Origin: Acidobacteriota bacterium
GTDB taxonomy: Bacteria > Acidobacteriota > Thermoanaerobaculia > Multivoradales > UBA5704
NCBI GenBank assembly: GCA_040005235.1
Contig: JBDTZG010000029.1
Location: forward strand, 1-64,000
Reading direction: 5' to 3'
DNA length: 64,000 nucleotides
Made by a program: the position numbers and the translations under genes
The notes under the pieces: model-generated
Seen by the model: only the letters and a program-made list of their open reading frames with translations
Told to the model about the DNA's origin: nothing
Databases searched by the model: none
Shown: positions 37,996-47,700 of the stretch, piece by piece
Layout: every line of letters begins with the position of its first letter
Position numbering within the stretch: the first letter of the stretch is position 1

Positions 37996-39870
37996 TCAGA
38001 GGTCGAGCCGGCCGCGCCACCAGACGACGCGCGCCTCTGGCCGGTACGCCGACAAGCCGGGGCCGTGAATGCGGAGCCGAACGACGCCGGACGGCGGGCC
38101 GTCGGCTCCCCAGAGCGCCGCCAGCTCCGGCAGGTTGCGCGCGGCCGGGGCGAGCAGCAAGCCGCCGGAGGCGGTCGCCGGCACCAGACGCCAGGTTCTC
38201 TTGCCGCCGTCGGCGTAAGTCGTCTCGGCGAACAGCGGTAGGACCCGCCAGAACGCGGCGGCGAGTTTGCCGCGCGCCGAGGGCTCGATGTGGAGCTCGG
38301 CGAACAGCCAACCCGGGCCGCTCGGGACCTCTAGGGGCTCTCCGAGCGAGAACCTCCGCTCTCCTGCCCTCTCCAGGTGGAACGCGGCCGGCCGTTTTCT
38401 CTTGCGGAGAACAATCCAGCCGGGCCGCGGCCGGCGCGGATCGAGCTCGTACCGTTCGAGGATCGCCCGCCAGGTTTCCGGTGTGTCCCAGAGCATCTGC
38501 CGCCGGTCGATCGCGCGATTTTCCACCAGCAGTAGATCCGCCCCGTGGCCTTGCCGAAAGTGCTCGGCGTCCCAGCGGTCGAGGCGCGGCGAGTAGGCGA
38601 CGTAAAGCTGGAGCGTCGGAGTGGGCACCCAAGGAAGATGATTCGCCGCGATCAGGCTCAGCTCCAAGGGAAGCACGTCGACGGTCGAACCGGCCGCGCG
38701 GATCGGCGCCGCGAACCATTCCGGAAGCCGGGAGGGGGCGAGCGCGCGCCGCTCGATCGCCGCCAGCCGTTGCCGGTCACGCCCGGGATCGATCGCCGCC
38801 CCCAGGTTCTCCATGCCCCGCACCCCGAGCGCCAGTTCGTAGCGGGAATTCTCCGCCGGTCCGGCGAACGAGATCGCGGCCGGGAGAGCCAAGACCAGCG
38901 CCGCGATCCAGCCCGCGAGACTCGCCTGGGTTTCGTCCGCACGCTCGGCGAGCAAAACACCGAGGGCGACCAGAGCGAGCAGGAACGAAGGAAAGATGCT
39001 CCCATGCCCTCCTTGGCGAATCAGCGAATGGCGGAGCGAGAGGATCAAAACAGGGAAGATCACCGCCCAGTACGGCGCGAGCGCGCTCCGGGTACGCCAA
39101 GCGTAGATTCCGAGCGCGAGAATCGCCGCCAGACCCAGAAGGTCCGCCGCGATTTCGAGGCTGGAGCCTTCAACGGCCATCGCGACGGCGAAGCCGCTCG
39201 CCAGATCCGCCTGGTAGCCGAGCCAGGCGAGCGCCCAGCGCGGCGCTTCGAAGGCCAGAGGAATGGCGGCCGCGACGCTCGCACCGAGCGCGCCGAGACC
39301 GGCCGCCACGCTTCGCCAGGCATAGGGCGGCCGGCGCACCCCGAGCGCGAGAAGCCAGACGCCGAAGAGCGCGAGCGCGCTGATCCCGAGGCTCAGTTTG
39401 ACCAACGCGAACAGGGTGACGAGCAAGCCGCCCACGATCGCCGCGATGGGGATTCGGTTTGGCCGGGCGGCCTCCGGAGCGATCAGCAATGCCAGGGCGA
39501 ACAGCAGCTGGTATTCGTAGCGAAGTCCGACGAGAAAGGCGACCAGCAGCAGGGAGGCGAACGCCAGGGCGCGCTTTGGAGAGGCCCGGCGAAGCGCGCG
39601 GGCGAGGGCCGCGGCGAACAAAGCGTGAAGGGCGAGCCGAAACAGAAGGGTCGTTCCGGCGTTCCCCGCGGTGGGTAAGAGCACCGTGCCAAACGGGCCA
39701 TAGGTGTAGACCACGTCCCGGCCATGAACCCAACCGCGAGAAGCGATCTCGCTCAAGCCGAACGCGAAGGAGGGATCGAGACCGGTGCCCAGCGAGCCGC
39801 GGGCGCCGGGAAACAGGAACAACACCAAACCGGCCCAGACGCCGGCCCGGAGCGCGGACGGCCCAGCCAT
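37996..39870 (-). CDS. Polytopic membrane protein, GT-C-like/unknown
   Basis: About 10 TM helices; GLDPS..GRDVVYTYGPFG loop; start uncertain. Confidence 0.6.
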   Translation of the reverse strand: MAGPSALRAGVWAGLVLFLFPGARGSLGTGLDPSFAFGLSEIASRGWVHGRDVVYTYGPFGTVLLPTAGNAGTTLLFRLALHALFAAALARALRRASPKRALAFASLLLVAFLVGLRYEYQLLFALALLIAPEAARPNRIPIAAIVGGLLVTLFALVKLSLGISALALFGVWLLALGVRRPPYAWRSVAAGLGALGASVAAAIPLAFEAPRWALAWLGYQADLASGFAVAMAVEGSSLEIAADLLGLAAILALGIYAWRTRSALAPYWAVIFPVLILSLRHSLIRQGGHGSIFPSFLLALVALGVLLAERADETQASLAGWIAALVLALPAAISFAGPAENSRYELALGVRGMENLGAAIDPGRDRQRLAAIERRALAPSRLPEWFAAPIRAAGSTVDVLPLELSLIAANHLPWVPTPTLQLYVAYSPRLDRWDAEHFRQGHGADLLLVENRAIDRRQMLWDTPETWRAILERYELDPRRPRPGWIVLRKRKRPAAFHLERAGERRFSLGEPLEVPSGPGWLFAELHIEPSARGKLAAAFWRVLPLFAETTYADGGKRTWRLVPATASGGLLLAPAARNLPELAALWGADGPPSGVVRLRIHGPGLSAYRPEARVVWWRGRLDL

Positions 39871-39943
39871 TCGCGAAAAGTAGTTGCGCACTCGCGGGAC
39901 TATACCTCGCGCGAGCGGCGGCTCAGGAGCACGCCTACGAGAC

Positions 39944-39982
39944 AAAAAAAGGCCGGTGCGCCTTGCGGCGTACCGGCCTTTT
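39944..39982 (-). terminator. Terminator of the cold-shock gene
   Basis: aaaaaaaggccggtgcgcc-ttgc-ggcgtaccggcctttt; U-tract on the minus strand. Confidence 0.8.
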
Positions 39983-40021
39983 CCCCTAGCTATCTATTGA
40001 ACAGCTTCGGGTTCTTTGGGC

Positions 40022-40231
40022 TTAGCCGATCTTGACGACGTTCTCGGCCGCAGGGCCCTTCTGGCCCTGGACGATGTCGAACTGGACCCGCTCGCCCTCG
40101 GCGAGGCTCTTGAAACCCTGAGCCTGAATCGCCGAGTGATGGACGAAGCAATCCTTCTCGCCATTGTCCGGGGTGATGAATCCGAAGCCCTTAGTGTCGT
40201 TGAACCACTTCACAACGCCGGTGGTACGCAT
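40022..40231 (-). CDS. cspA: Cold-shock protein (CspA family)
   Basis: GVVKWFN, KGFGFI (RNP1), FVHHSAI (RNP2), GQKGPAA; 69 aa. Confidence 0.95.
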   Translation of the reverse strand: MRTTGVVKWFNDTKGFGFITPDNGEKDCFVHHSAIQAQGFKSLAEGERVQFDIVQGQKGPAAENVVKIG

Positions 40232-40505
40232 AGCTGACCTTCTCCTTTGAGTTTGTAATCGGAGTCCGGCCAAAACCGTGCGTGCCGACTACAGATCGTG
40301 ACAAACGCCCTCACGCTGGGCTTTAACCCGCTACGCCCGGCAACCATCGTGGTCACCGTTCGAGCGGCTTGTTCATGCTGATTCTACCGTGATTGTCTTT
40401 GTTCTCGTCGAGCTGTTCTGGGGGGATTCGATTCCAATGTCCAGAGGGAGGAAGATGGCTCGGTGATGCTGGGCCGGTAACGTCGCCCACTCGGCGAGCG
40501 GGAAG

Positions 40506-40534
40506 ATCATACTCGGTTCTCTCGTCAAGTGCAA
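40506..40534 (-). promoter_or_regulatory. Sigma70-type promoter upstream of csp
   Basis: Minus strand TTGCAC-17 nt-TATGAT. Confidence 0.65.
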
Positions 40535-40692
40535 AGTTTGGGGTCGGGGCGTCCCGCACCGGAGGATCGGGAGGGGCCGAGATCGTCTAAGCGGCTGGTT
40601 GGGTGGGGGGCTGTTGGGCAGCAGGGGGAAGGGGAGGGGTGAATCGGGACAGGCATTGGGCCTGTCCCGACAGATTCGAGCGTCGGGGACTT

Positions 40693-41226
40693 CTACCGCA
40701 GCGGCTTCGCCAGCCGGTAGGTAAAGGTCTTCACCGGCACGCCGGTCTTCTGCTGGATCTCGTCGCGGAACGACTCGATCAGCTCGCGCAGGTTCGGGTT
40801 GATCTCCGAAGCGTTCGCCGGCAGGGTCTCGAAGGTGCTGCCGCAAACGCCCTCTCCGTCATCGCACACCGGCTCGTCGGAAAGGCCGCACTGGATCACT
40901 TCGGCGCTGTCGATGATCACGTCGACAGTTCCCGGATTGTTGTCGTCGGTTCCGGTTGCCACGCGGAAATACGGATAGGGATTGCCGACCGGGAAGTCAT
41001 ACCAGGTATAGGTGCAGCTGCACCCCGCCGGCAACGTCACGTACGGCGGGCAGGAGCTCGCCCCGACGTATTCCGCGGTCCCATGGCCATCCGGGGGGTA
41101 CGGACCGCACGACTTGACCCAGTGGTGGAGTCCAGTGCCGTAGTGGACGGGAAGGGCGTTCGCGGGCAGGGCCACGGCGACGCCGAGGGCGAGCAACGTC
41201 AAAGACAGGGCGATTCTGGATTTCAT
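40693..41226 (-). CDS. Secreted Cys-rich hypothetical protein
   Basis: Signal peptide ending ANA; GGAGG SD; downstream hairpin gggacaggc/gcctgtccc at ~40646-40668. Confidence 0.7.
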   Translation of the reverse strand: MKSRIALSLTLLALGVAVALPANALPVHYGTGLHHWVKSCGPYPPDGHGTAEYVGASSCPPYVTLPAGCSCTYTWYDFPVGNPYPYFRVATGTDDNNPGTVDVIIDSAEVIQCGLSDEPVCDDGEGVCGSTFETLPANASEINPNLRELIESFRDEIQQKTGVPVKTFTYRLAKPLR

Positions 41227-41362
41227 GCTTCCTCCGAAAGGAATGGCGGGTTCTCCCGGCCCGTTCCGGGGCGCGGGATGTAGGGCTGTAAAAAGATGGG
41301 GTGCGCTTAAAGGGGTGAAGCGAGCCGCGGAGGGATTGAGCCGACGGCGTCCGGAGTACGGC

Positions 41363-42502
41363 CTACGCCGTCCAGATCTCGCCGAGCACGCGGCGGAAGT
41401 TGCCGCCCAGGATCAGCTCCACCTCGGCCTCGCCGAAACCCCGGGAGAGCAGGCCGGCGGCGAGGTCGTAGGCCCGGCGGCCATTACGCAGGCCCTGGAG
41501 GTCGTAGGCCGCCCGGGCGCGGCCGGTCGCCGGGTCGTACGGATCGAGATCGCAATCGCTGCCGACCCCGACGTGCTCGACACCCACCAGCTGGGCCACG
41601 TGGACGAAATGGTCGAGCATGCCGTCGATCGTGGGATTGCCGCCGAGGAAGGCACGCACCGCCGCGATCCCCATCACCCCGCCGCGGGCGGCCAGCGCGC
41701 GGATCTCCGCGTCGGACTTATTGCGCGGATGCGAGGCGAGAGCCCGGCAGTTGGAGTGGGTGACCAGCGCGGGGCGGCTGGACCGGTCGATCGCGGCGAG
41801 CGTCGTCTTTTCCGAGCAATGCGAAAGGTCGATCGCCATGCCCACCCGGTTCATCTCGCTCACCACCTGCCGGCCGAAATCGGTAAGGCCCTCGTCTTGC
41901 GGATCGCGGCAGCCGGATCCCAGGCGGCAGCGATCGTTGTACGTCAGCTGCGAGACCCGCTGGCCCAGGCCGTAAAACAGCGCCACGTCCTCTATGGTGC
42001 GGAAATGGTCGCTGCTCTGGAAACCGATAAGAATGCCGATCCGCTTCTCGGTCCGCGCCCGGTCGAGGTCCGCGATGCCCCGAACGGCCAGCAGGTAGCG
42101 CGTCTGATTGCGCAGCAGCTCGTTCCAATCCGCCGCCCAGCGAATCACCGCGGCGTGAGGCTCGGAAGAGTTGGGATCGACGGCGGGATGGAAGACGTTC
42201 ACGCCCGAGGCGAGAAGGCGCCGGAAGTCGGCGTCGCCGAAAGCCCCCGGATCGCGCTGCCAGGAGCGCAGCCGGCCCCAGTCGAGCGTCAACAGGCCGA
42301 GCATGTCGATCACCGTGGCGCGCTCGACCAGCCCCAGGACCCGCGGATCGTCGGCAGCAATTCCGATCGGCTGGACGGCGCCGATAGCGACCGGCTGGGC
42401 GGCACCGGGTTCGAGCAGACCCAGAGCCAGGCCCTTTCGGGTCAAGACGCCGCCGCCCGAAAGAAGGGCGCAGCCGAGAAGGAACCGCCGCCGGTTCAAC
42501 AT
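41363..42502 (-). CDS. Membrane dipeptidase (M19 family) with Tat signal
   Basis: NRRRF; QLTYN, IDLSH, THSNC, HPRNKSD, GSD. Confidence 0.88.
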   Translation of the reverse strand: MLNRRRFLLGCALLSGGGVLTRKGLALGLLEPGAAQPVAIGAVQPIGIAADDPRVLGLVERATVIDMLGLLTLDWGRLRSWQRDPGAFGDADFRRLLASGVNVFHPAVDPNSSEPHAAVIRWAADWNELLRNQTRYLLAVRGIADLDRARTEKRIGILIGFQSSDHFRTIEDVALFYGLGQRVSQLTYNDRCRLGSGCRDPQDEGLTDFGRQVVSEMNRVGMAIDLSHCSEKTTLAAIDRSSRPALVTHSNCRALASHPRNKSDAEIRALAARGGVMGIAAVRAFLGGNPTIDGMLDHFVHVAQLVGVEHVGVGSDCDLDPYDPATGRARAAYDLQGLRNGRRAYDLAAGLLSRGFGEAEVELILGGNFRRVLGEIWTA

Positions 42503-42581
42503 CGAAATTTGCCGAACCCTAGGCCCCTCCCAGCGCCAAGTCAAGAGCTCTGGGACGAATCGCGCGGCGGCCCGCGCGCCT

Positions 42582-43025
42582 TCAGTGGTAAAGGTTTTTC
42601 TGCTCCGGAGCCGGCAAGCCGGGAACCGCAGGATCGCCGCCGTGCAGACGCGCCCAGGCCAGGCGATCAGCCAGGCGTCCCTTCCAAGTCGTCGCGAGAC
42701 GGGTTCCGCCGACCCCGGCGGAACGCTCTTCGAGGAGATCCGCCCCATGATCGGCGAGCCAGTAGACCGAAGCCCCCTGGCGCTCGAAGTGGATGCCGAC
42801 TTTTCCCGAGTCCCCGCGGAGGACCTCGGTCTCCAGCTCCGCCGCCGCGGCGGCGGACGAGATCTCGCCCCGCTCGATGATCCGATAGCCGGGAGGAGGA
42901 GCCAAGATCACCCCCGCCAGCTCGCTCCGCCGGCCGGTGCCGAGGTGCGACTGAAGAGAGCGCTGGAGGACATAGAGCGCCCCGAGGCCGAGCAGGAGGT
43001 ACAGCGCGATTTTGGCGATCTTCAT
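42582..43025 (-). CDS. Hypothetical exported/membrane-anchored protein
   Basis: N-terminal hydrophobic helix; collinear with neighbours. Confidence 0.5.
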   Translation of the reverse strand: MKIAKIALYLLLGLGALYVLQRSLQSHLGTGRRSELAGVILAPPPGYRIIERGEISSAAAAAELETEVLRGDSGKVGIHFERQGASVYWLADHGADLLEERSAGVGGTRLATTWKGRLADRLAWARLHGGDPAVPGLPAPEQKNLYH

Positions 43026-43081
43026 GGCGCCGAGGATACGCCAGTGGGATCGTACCCACGCGCCTCGGCCCCACCCTCAAC

Positions 43082-44692
43082 CTACACGCCCACGATCGCT
43101 TCGAGATAGAGGGGGACTGGGCCCTCCAACGGCCTGCCGTTCGCGTCCTGTTTGGCCGGAAGATCTACGGCGGCGAGCGTGATGCGGGACGCGGCCCGCA
43201 ATGTCGCGCTGCTGCTGTTGGCGGGGAGCGGGCCGATCGGTTCGCCGTTGGGCAGGAAAACGCGCCCTTCGGTCTTCCGTTGCAGAGCGCGGAGGACCGG
43301 ATAGAACGGCATCGGGCAATAGCCCATAAGGTCTTGGGCGACGGGTACGCTGACCGGTACGAAGGCGACCAGATCTTTGCGCGTCATCGCCTCCAGTCCC
43401 TTGTCCTTGATCGTGGCGTTGTGGCTGCCATGGTGGCCCACTTTGTAGAACGCGACCCGGCCGAGCAGATTTTCCATCAGAGACTTGTCTCCCTTCGCCT
43501 CCGGCGGCTTTTGGGGCGCGGCGTCTTCGCGGAACCGCCATTCGTCGAGGGTGTGCCAGGACAGCCAGTTGCCCACTTGGGCGTCCCCTGGAAAGAGCAG
43601 CATCTTTTCCGAGTCCGGGTGGTCGAAGGCCAGAACCAAGCTGACATTGTTGGTGTAGTCCCCGGCGCGCAGCGCCAAGGTCGCCGCACCGGCGAGCCAG
43701 TCGAAGTCGATGCGCCGCCATTCGCCGTTCGGTTCGACCTCCTCGTCGGGGCTTTTGTGCTCGCCATAATGGGCCTTGAAGAACGGCGAGCTGGTGGAGA
43801 GATCCCAGTCGAGTCGGACCTGTGGGGCGAAAGGCGAAAACCCCTCGTCACCGCTGCGGTCTGGGTTGTCCAAGGCGAGCAGTGCGGAGGTTAGCGCGGG
43901 CAGACTTCGGTCGTCGCTCAAGGCGAGCGCCTTGGCGCCGCCGGGTAGGCCGCTGTCGACTTTCAGGCCGAGGGGACCGTAGGAGTACATTTCCGTTTCG
44001 TCGGACAGGATCTCAATGTACTGCGGACCCTGTTTCGTCGGCAGTGGTGGGCCGAGGACATAGCCGTGATGGTTCGTTCCCGGGAGGCGAAAAACGTCTC
44101 CAGGCTCGAAAAACTGGATTTTGCCAGCCGGGCAAAGTGAACGGGCGAACTCCATCGCGCCGTCCATGTCCGTAGGTGGCCCGGAAGCGTTGATGCCTGA
44201 CGGTACGCCGAGAAAATCCGCCTGAGCGCGAAAGCCGGGCTGGTCGAGAATCCCTGCTGTAGCGGCGTTTTCGAGTGCCTTCTGCGCTGCTTTTTCGAGG
44301 GCGTCGCGGAACGATTTTCTCGACTTGTGTTCTCCGCCCAAATTGGCGCTTTCCGTCCATGGCAGATAGAGGGCGTCGACCTTGATCGTTTGCCAAAGAT
44401 CCCTGGCATCCACGAAGCTACTGATGTGGTCGTAGTGCTGGTGAGTGATGGCGAGGACGTCAATATGCCCTCCGGTTGCTTCCCGCAGATTCTCGACGAC
44501 CGTTTGGATGCGTACCTTCTTGTCGGGCGTGCTCATCGCGACGCCGCAATCGATCACCAGGTAGCAAGGGTCTAGCGGCTTGCCCGGCCGCGGAAAGGCG
44601 AGCAGGAAGCAGTCGCCCAGGCCTTGACCGTAGAGGCGCATTTTGATCTCTCCCTCGGCGGGGAGAAGTTTCGGTGTCGCGGTGTCGGGCAT
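43082..44692 (-). CDS. Metallo-beta-lactamase-fold hydrolase (ComEC/Rec2-like)
   Basis: GLGDCFL, IDCG, THQHYDH, NNVSLV, FPGDAQ, KVGHHGSHNAT. Confidence 0.88.
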   Translation of the reverse strand: MPDTATPKLLPAEGEIKMRLYGQGLGDCFLLAFPRPGKPLDPCYLVIDCGVAMSTPDKKVRIQTVVENLREATGGHIDVLAITHQHYDHISSFVDARDLWQTIKVDALYLPWTESANLGGEHKSRKSFRDALEKAAQKALENAATAGILDQPGFRAQADFLGVPSGINASGPPTDMDGAMEFARSLCPAGKIQFFEPGDVFRLPGTNHHGYVLGPPLPTKQGPQYIEILSDETEMYSYGPLGLKVDSGLPGGAKALALSDDRSLPALTSALLALDNPDRSGDEGFSPFAPQVRLDWDLSTSSPFFKAHYGEHKSPDEEVEPNGEWRRIDFDWLAGAATLALRAGDYTNNVSLVLAFDHPDSEKMLLFPGDAQVGNWLSWHTLDEWRFREDAAPQKPPEAKGDKSLMENLLGRVAFYKVGHHGSHNATIKDKGLEAMTRKDLVAFVPVSVPVAQDLMGYCPMPFYPVLRALQRKTEGRVFLPNGEPIGPLPANSSSATLRAASRITLAAVDLPAKQDANGRPLEGPVPLYLEAIVGV

Positions 44693-44713
44693 GGCAAGAG
44701 TCCTTTCGCGGGC

Positions 44714-47700
44714 TCAGCCCCGGTGCAGCAGGGCAAACGGTTCGTCCGACGCCTGGGCCTTGGCGGACATGGCCTGGCGGCGGCAGTCACAGGAGGAAGC
44801 CCGCATGTCTTCCACTTTGCTGTTGCGTCCGAGCAGCCACACTTTCCTCTGGGCTTCCTCGCTGAACCAGCCCGGCGGCAAGCCGTCGGAGGAATACTCC
44901 GCGGCTCCGCCGCTTCCGTCGGCTGCGGCGCGGAAACTCCTTTGGCGCTCCTCGCGGGCGACGTTGTCGACCCTTTTGCAGATGGAGTAACGGACCCGGT
45001 AGTCGTCCAGGCTGATCACCAAAGTGACGCCGCCGCGGAAGGGGAGGGAGCCGGTCTCTTCGACCTCGCCCCGCTGCTGCCGCTCCGCCTTCACCTGCTT
45101 CCTGCGCGCTTTTTCCGCGAGCCGCTCCGTCGGGTCGGTCGGCAGGGCGTCCTTGTTCTGGAGGACCTCGACCACCATCTCGGTGAGAAACTCTCCGCGC
45201 AGACCGATGCGGCGGGCGGGACGCAGGTTGGTCACCTGAAAACTGAGCCGCGTGTCGATGCCGCCGAGGAGGGACTTCTTGGTCTTCGGGTCGAGCGCAT
45301 CGTCCGCTAGATAAGCGTGGAGCGCCGCTTGAGCGCTGTGGATCTCTTTGAAAATGGCTTCCCGGGAGGATCCGGGTTGCCAGGTCAGCAACGCGCGGCG
45401 GAGCTTCGCCGCCCCTTTGAATCGGAGCTTGTCGATCTCGGGCGGAGACCACCGCAACGTTTCCTCGGAGAGCGTCCGCACGTTTCGCGGGTAGATCCCC
45501 CACTTGCGGAACGCTTCGACGAACGCGACCCGATAGCGCCTTTCGTCGTCCGGCACCAGATCGAAGTCCGCGGTGATCAGCGCGCGCAGGAACTCGCCGA
45601 ACGTGATGTCCAAGGGAGGGACATAGTCCATCGCGCGGAGGCACATCCGCAGCACGTGGCGAGCGGACAGAGCCGCCTCGTCGGCCATGCGGCCGACCAG
45701 GTCGGGATGCAGGTCGCCCTCCGGCAGGATGCCCGTTCCGCCCGTGGCGATCCGCTTGAGGTCGCTCACCCGATTCTCGTAAATCGTCAGATAGGCGTCG
45801 AAGACGGCGGCGACCAGGACGGAGCCTCGCTCGTGCGGTTCCTGGATCTCCTGGAGCAGATTCGGGTCGGCCCGGAAGCGCTGCCACAGCTCGCGCGTCT
45901 GGACGTCGGAAAGATCTCGCGCGGCATCCGCCAGAGTCACGGGTGCCGCGCCGCCATCCATCGGGGGCTCGTCGGGCCGGTCGTGCCAGAGATCCTCGCG
46001 CTTGCGGCGGGCCTGGCGAACGACGTGTCCGAGCGCGTCGCGCAACGGTTGGTGCCGTCCGATGGCCGCGCCGAACTGCAAGGCGAGCTGAGTCATCAGG
46101 CTGCCGGCGTCGAGACGGCCCCGGACCCGGGCGATCTGATTGCGCAGCAGCTCCGGATAAGTGAAGCGCTGGAACAGGGCCACGATGTCGGCGAACGCCT
46201 CGTGAAACGCGAGCACGTCCGGGTTGGTCGCCTCGATGAAATAGGCGTGCATGCCGTCCAGGATGGCGTGGGTCGTCTCGTGAGCGACGATGTCGTGGGC
46301 CAGGCAGGTGAAGATCACCCCTCCGGGATACTCCGCGCCGGGGTCGGTATCTCCGGCGGGAAAATAGCCGAATAGAATCGCCCGCTTCTGCGGCGAGTAA
46401 TAGGCGTTCTGATCGCGCATAGCGTGGGGATACAGGCGCAGGTGCTGAACGTACCGGTCCGAGAGATCGACGGCAGCCGGCGGAGCGGCCCCTTTCTTGG
46501 CCGATGGCGCAGGCTTTTCCACCCGTTCGGCATCGCCACTGTGCTTCTTCCAGGGCCGCAAACAGGACCAGAAGATCGGTCGCCCCAACGCCTCCTCGAA
46601 ATGGCCGATCGTCTTCATCGCGACGGCATAGACCATCTGCTGGTGAAATTGGGGGTTCCCCTCGGAACGCGGCAGACCATCCTGGGCGAGCAGGAACGGA
46701 TGGTCCAGATCGACCGGGGCATAGGCGCAGTCCGAAGCCGGGTCCACGTCCACCACTTCGAGATAGTCGCCGACCGGCCCCGGCGTCAGCTTGCGCTCGA
46801 AAACGATCGGAATGGTGATCTCGTTGATCGCGACATCGGCGCTCTGGTTGGCAAGGCTTGGATCGAAAGCGTAGGCCCGCAGCCGGCGGGTGGGAGGCGC
46901 TTCGACCGCGTAGGCGATCTTCGCCGGTCGCTTCTTTGCGTTCTTCGAAGTTTTCGACGCATCCTTTCCTTCCTGGAGCTCGGGACGGCTCTTGATCCAC
47001 TCTCTTTGCACGGCCTTCCTCGCCTGCTCCAATTTTTCGCGCAGAGTGTCGGAAAGCGGCGATTCATCCCGCAGGAGATAGCGGCGCAGGGGGCCGGAGA
47101 ACTGGCTCTGGGGGCTCCGGCAGGCTCGGTCGAGCGCGTTCTGGAGCGCCAGGTCCGTGGCGGACAGGGCGCCGATCTCGGCGATGTCGTGGTCGTCGCA
47201 TTGGGAACCGACGACCTCGTCCAAGGCTGCCAGCAGATGTCGTTTTCTATCCGTCACCTCGGCCAGGGAGGGCAGCCGCGCTTCGCCTTCGGCGAGCGTC
47301 GGCAAGGTCAGAATGTTGCGCCACGAGCCGGCCGGGAAATTGACGACGGAAGAGATCGGAGCATCGAGAACCCGCTCCCGCTCTGCCTTGATCTCGTTGA
47401 TCTTCGGCAAGGTCATCTTGAGCAGCTGGTCGGCCCGGGCGATGCCCGCGCCGAAGCCGCCATGCCCGTCGCGAATGAACTTCGGACTTGCATCCGCCGA
47501 GCCTTTGATGCAGAGCCGGAACAGAAAGGGAAGCAGACCCGGCTGGCCGCCGCAATCTACATCGATCAATTTTTGGCGGCCATGGAAAGAGAGCCAGAGG
47601 GCGGCGAGCCCGGCGACGTTCGCCGTCGCGAACGAGGTTCCGCTGCCCCGGGCCTGCGCGTCTTCCGGAAGGCTCGGGTCGAGACGCGCTTGGTCGTGCC

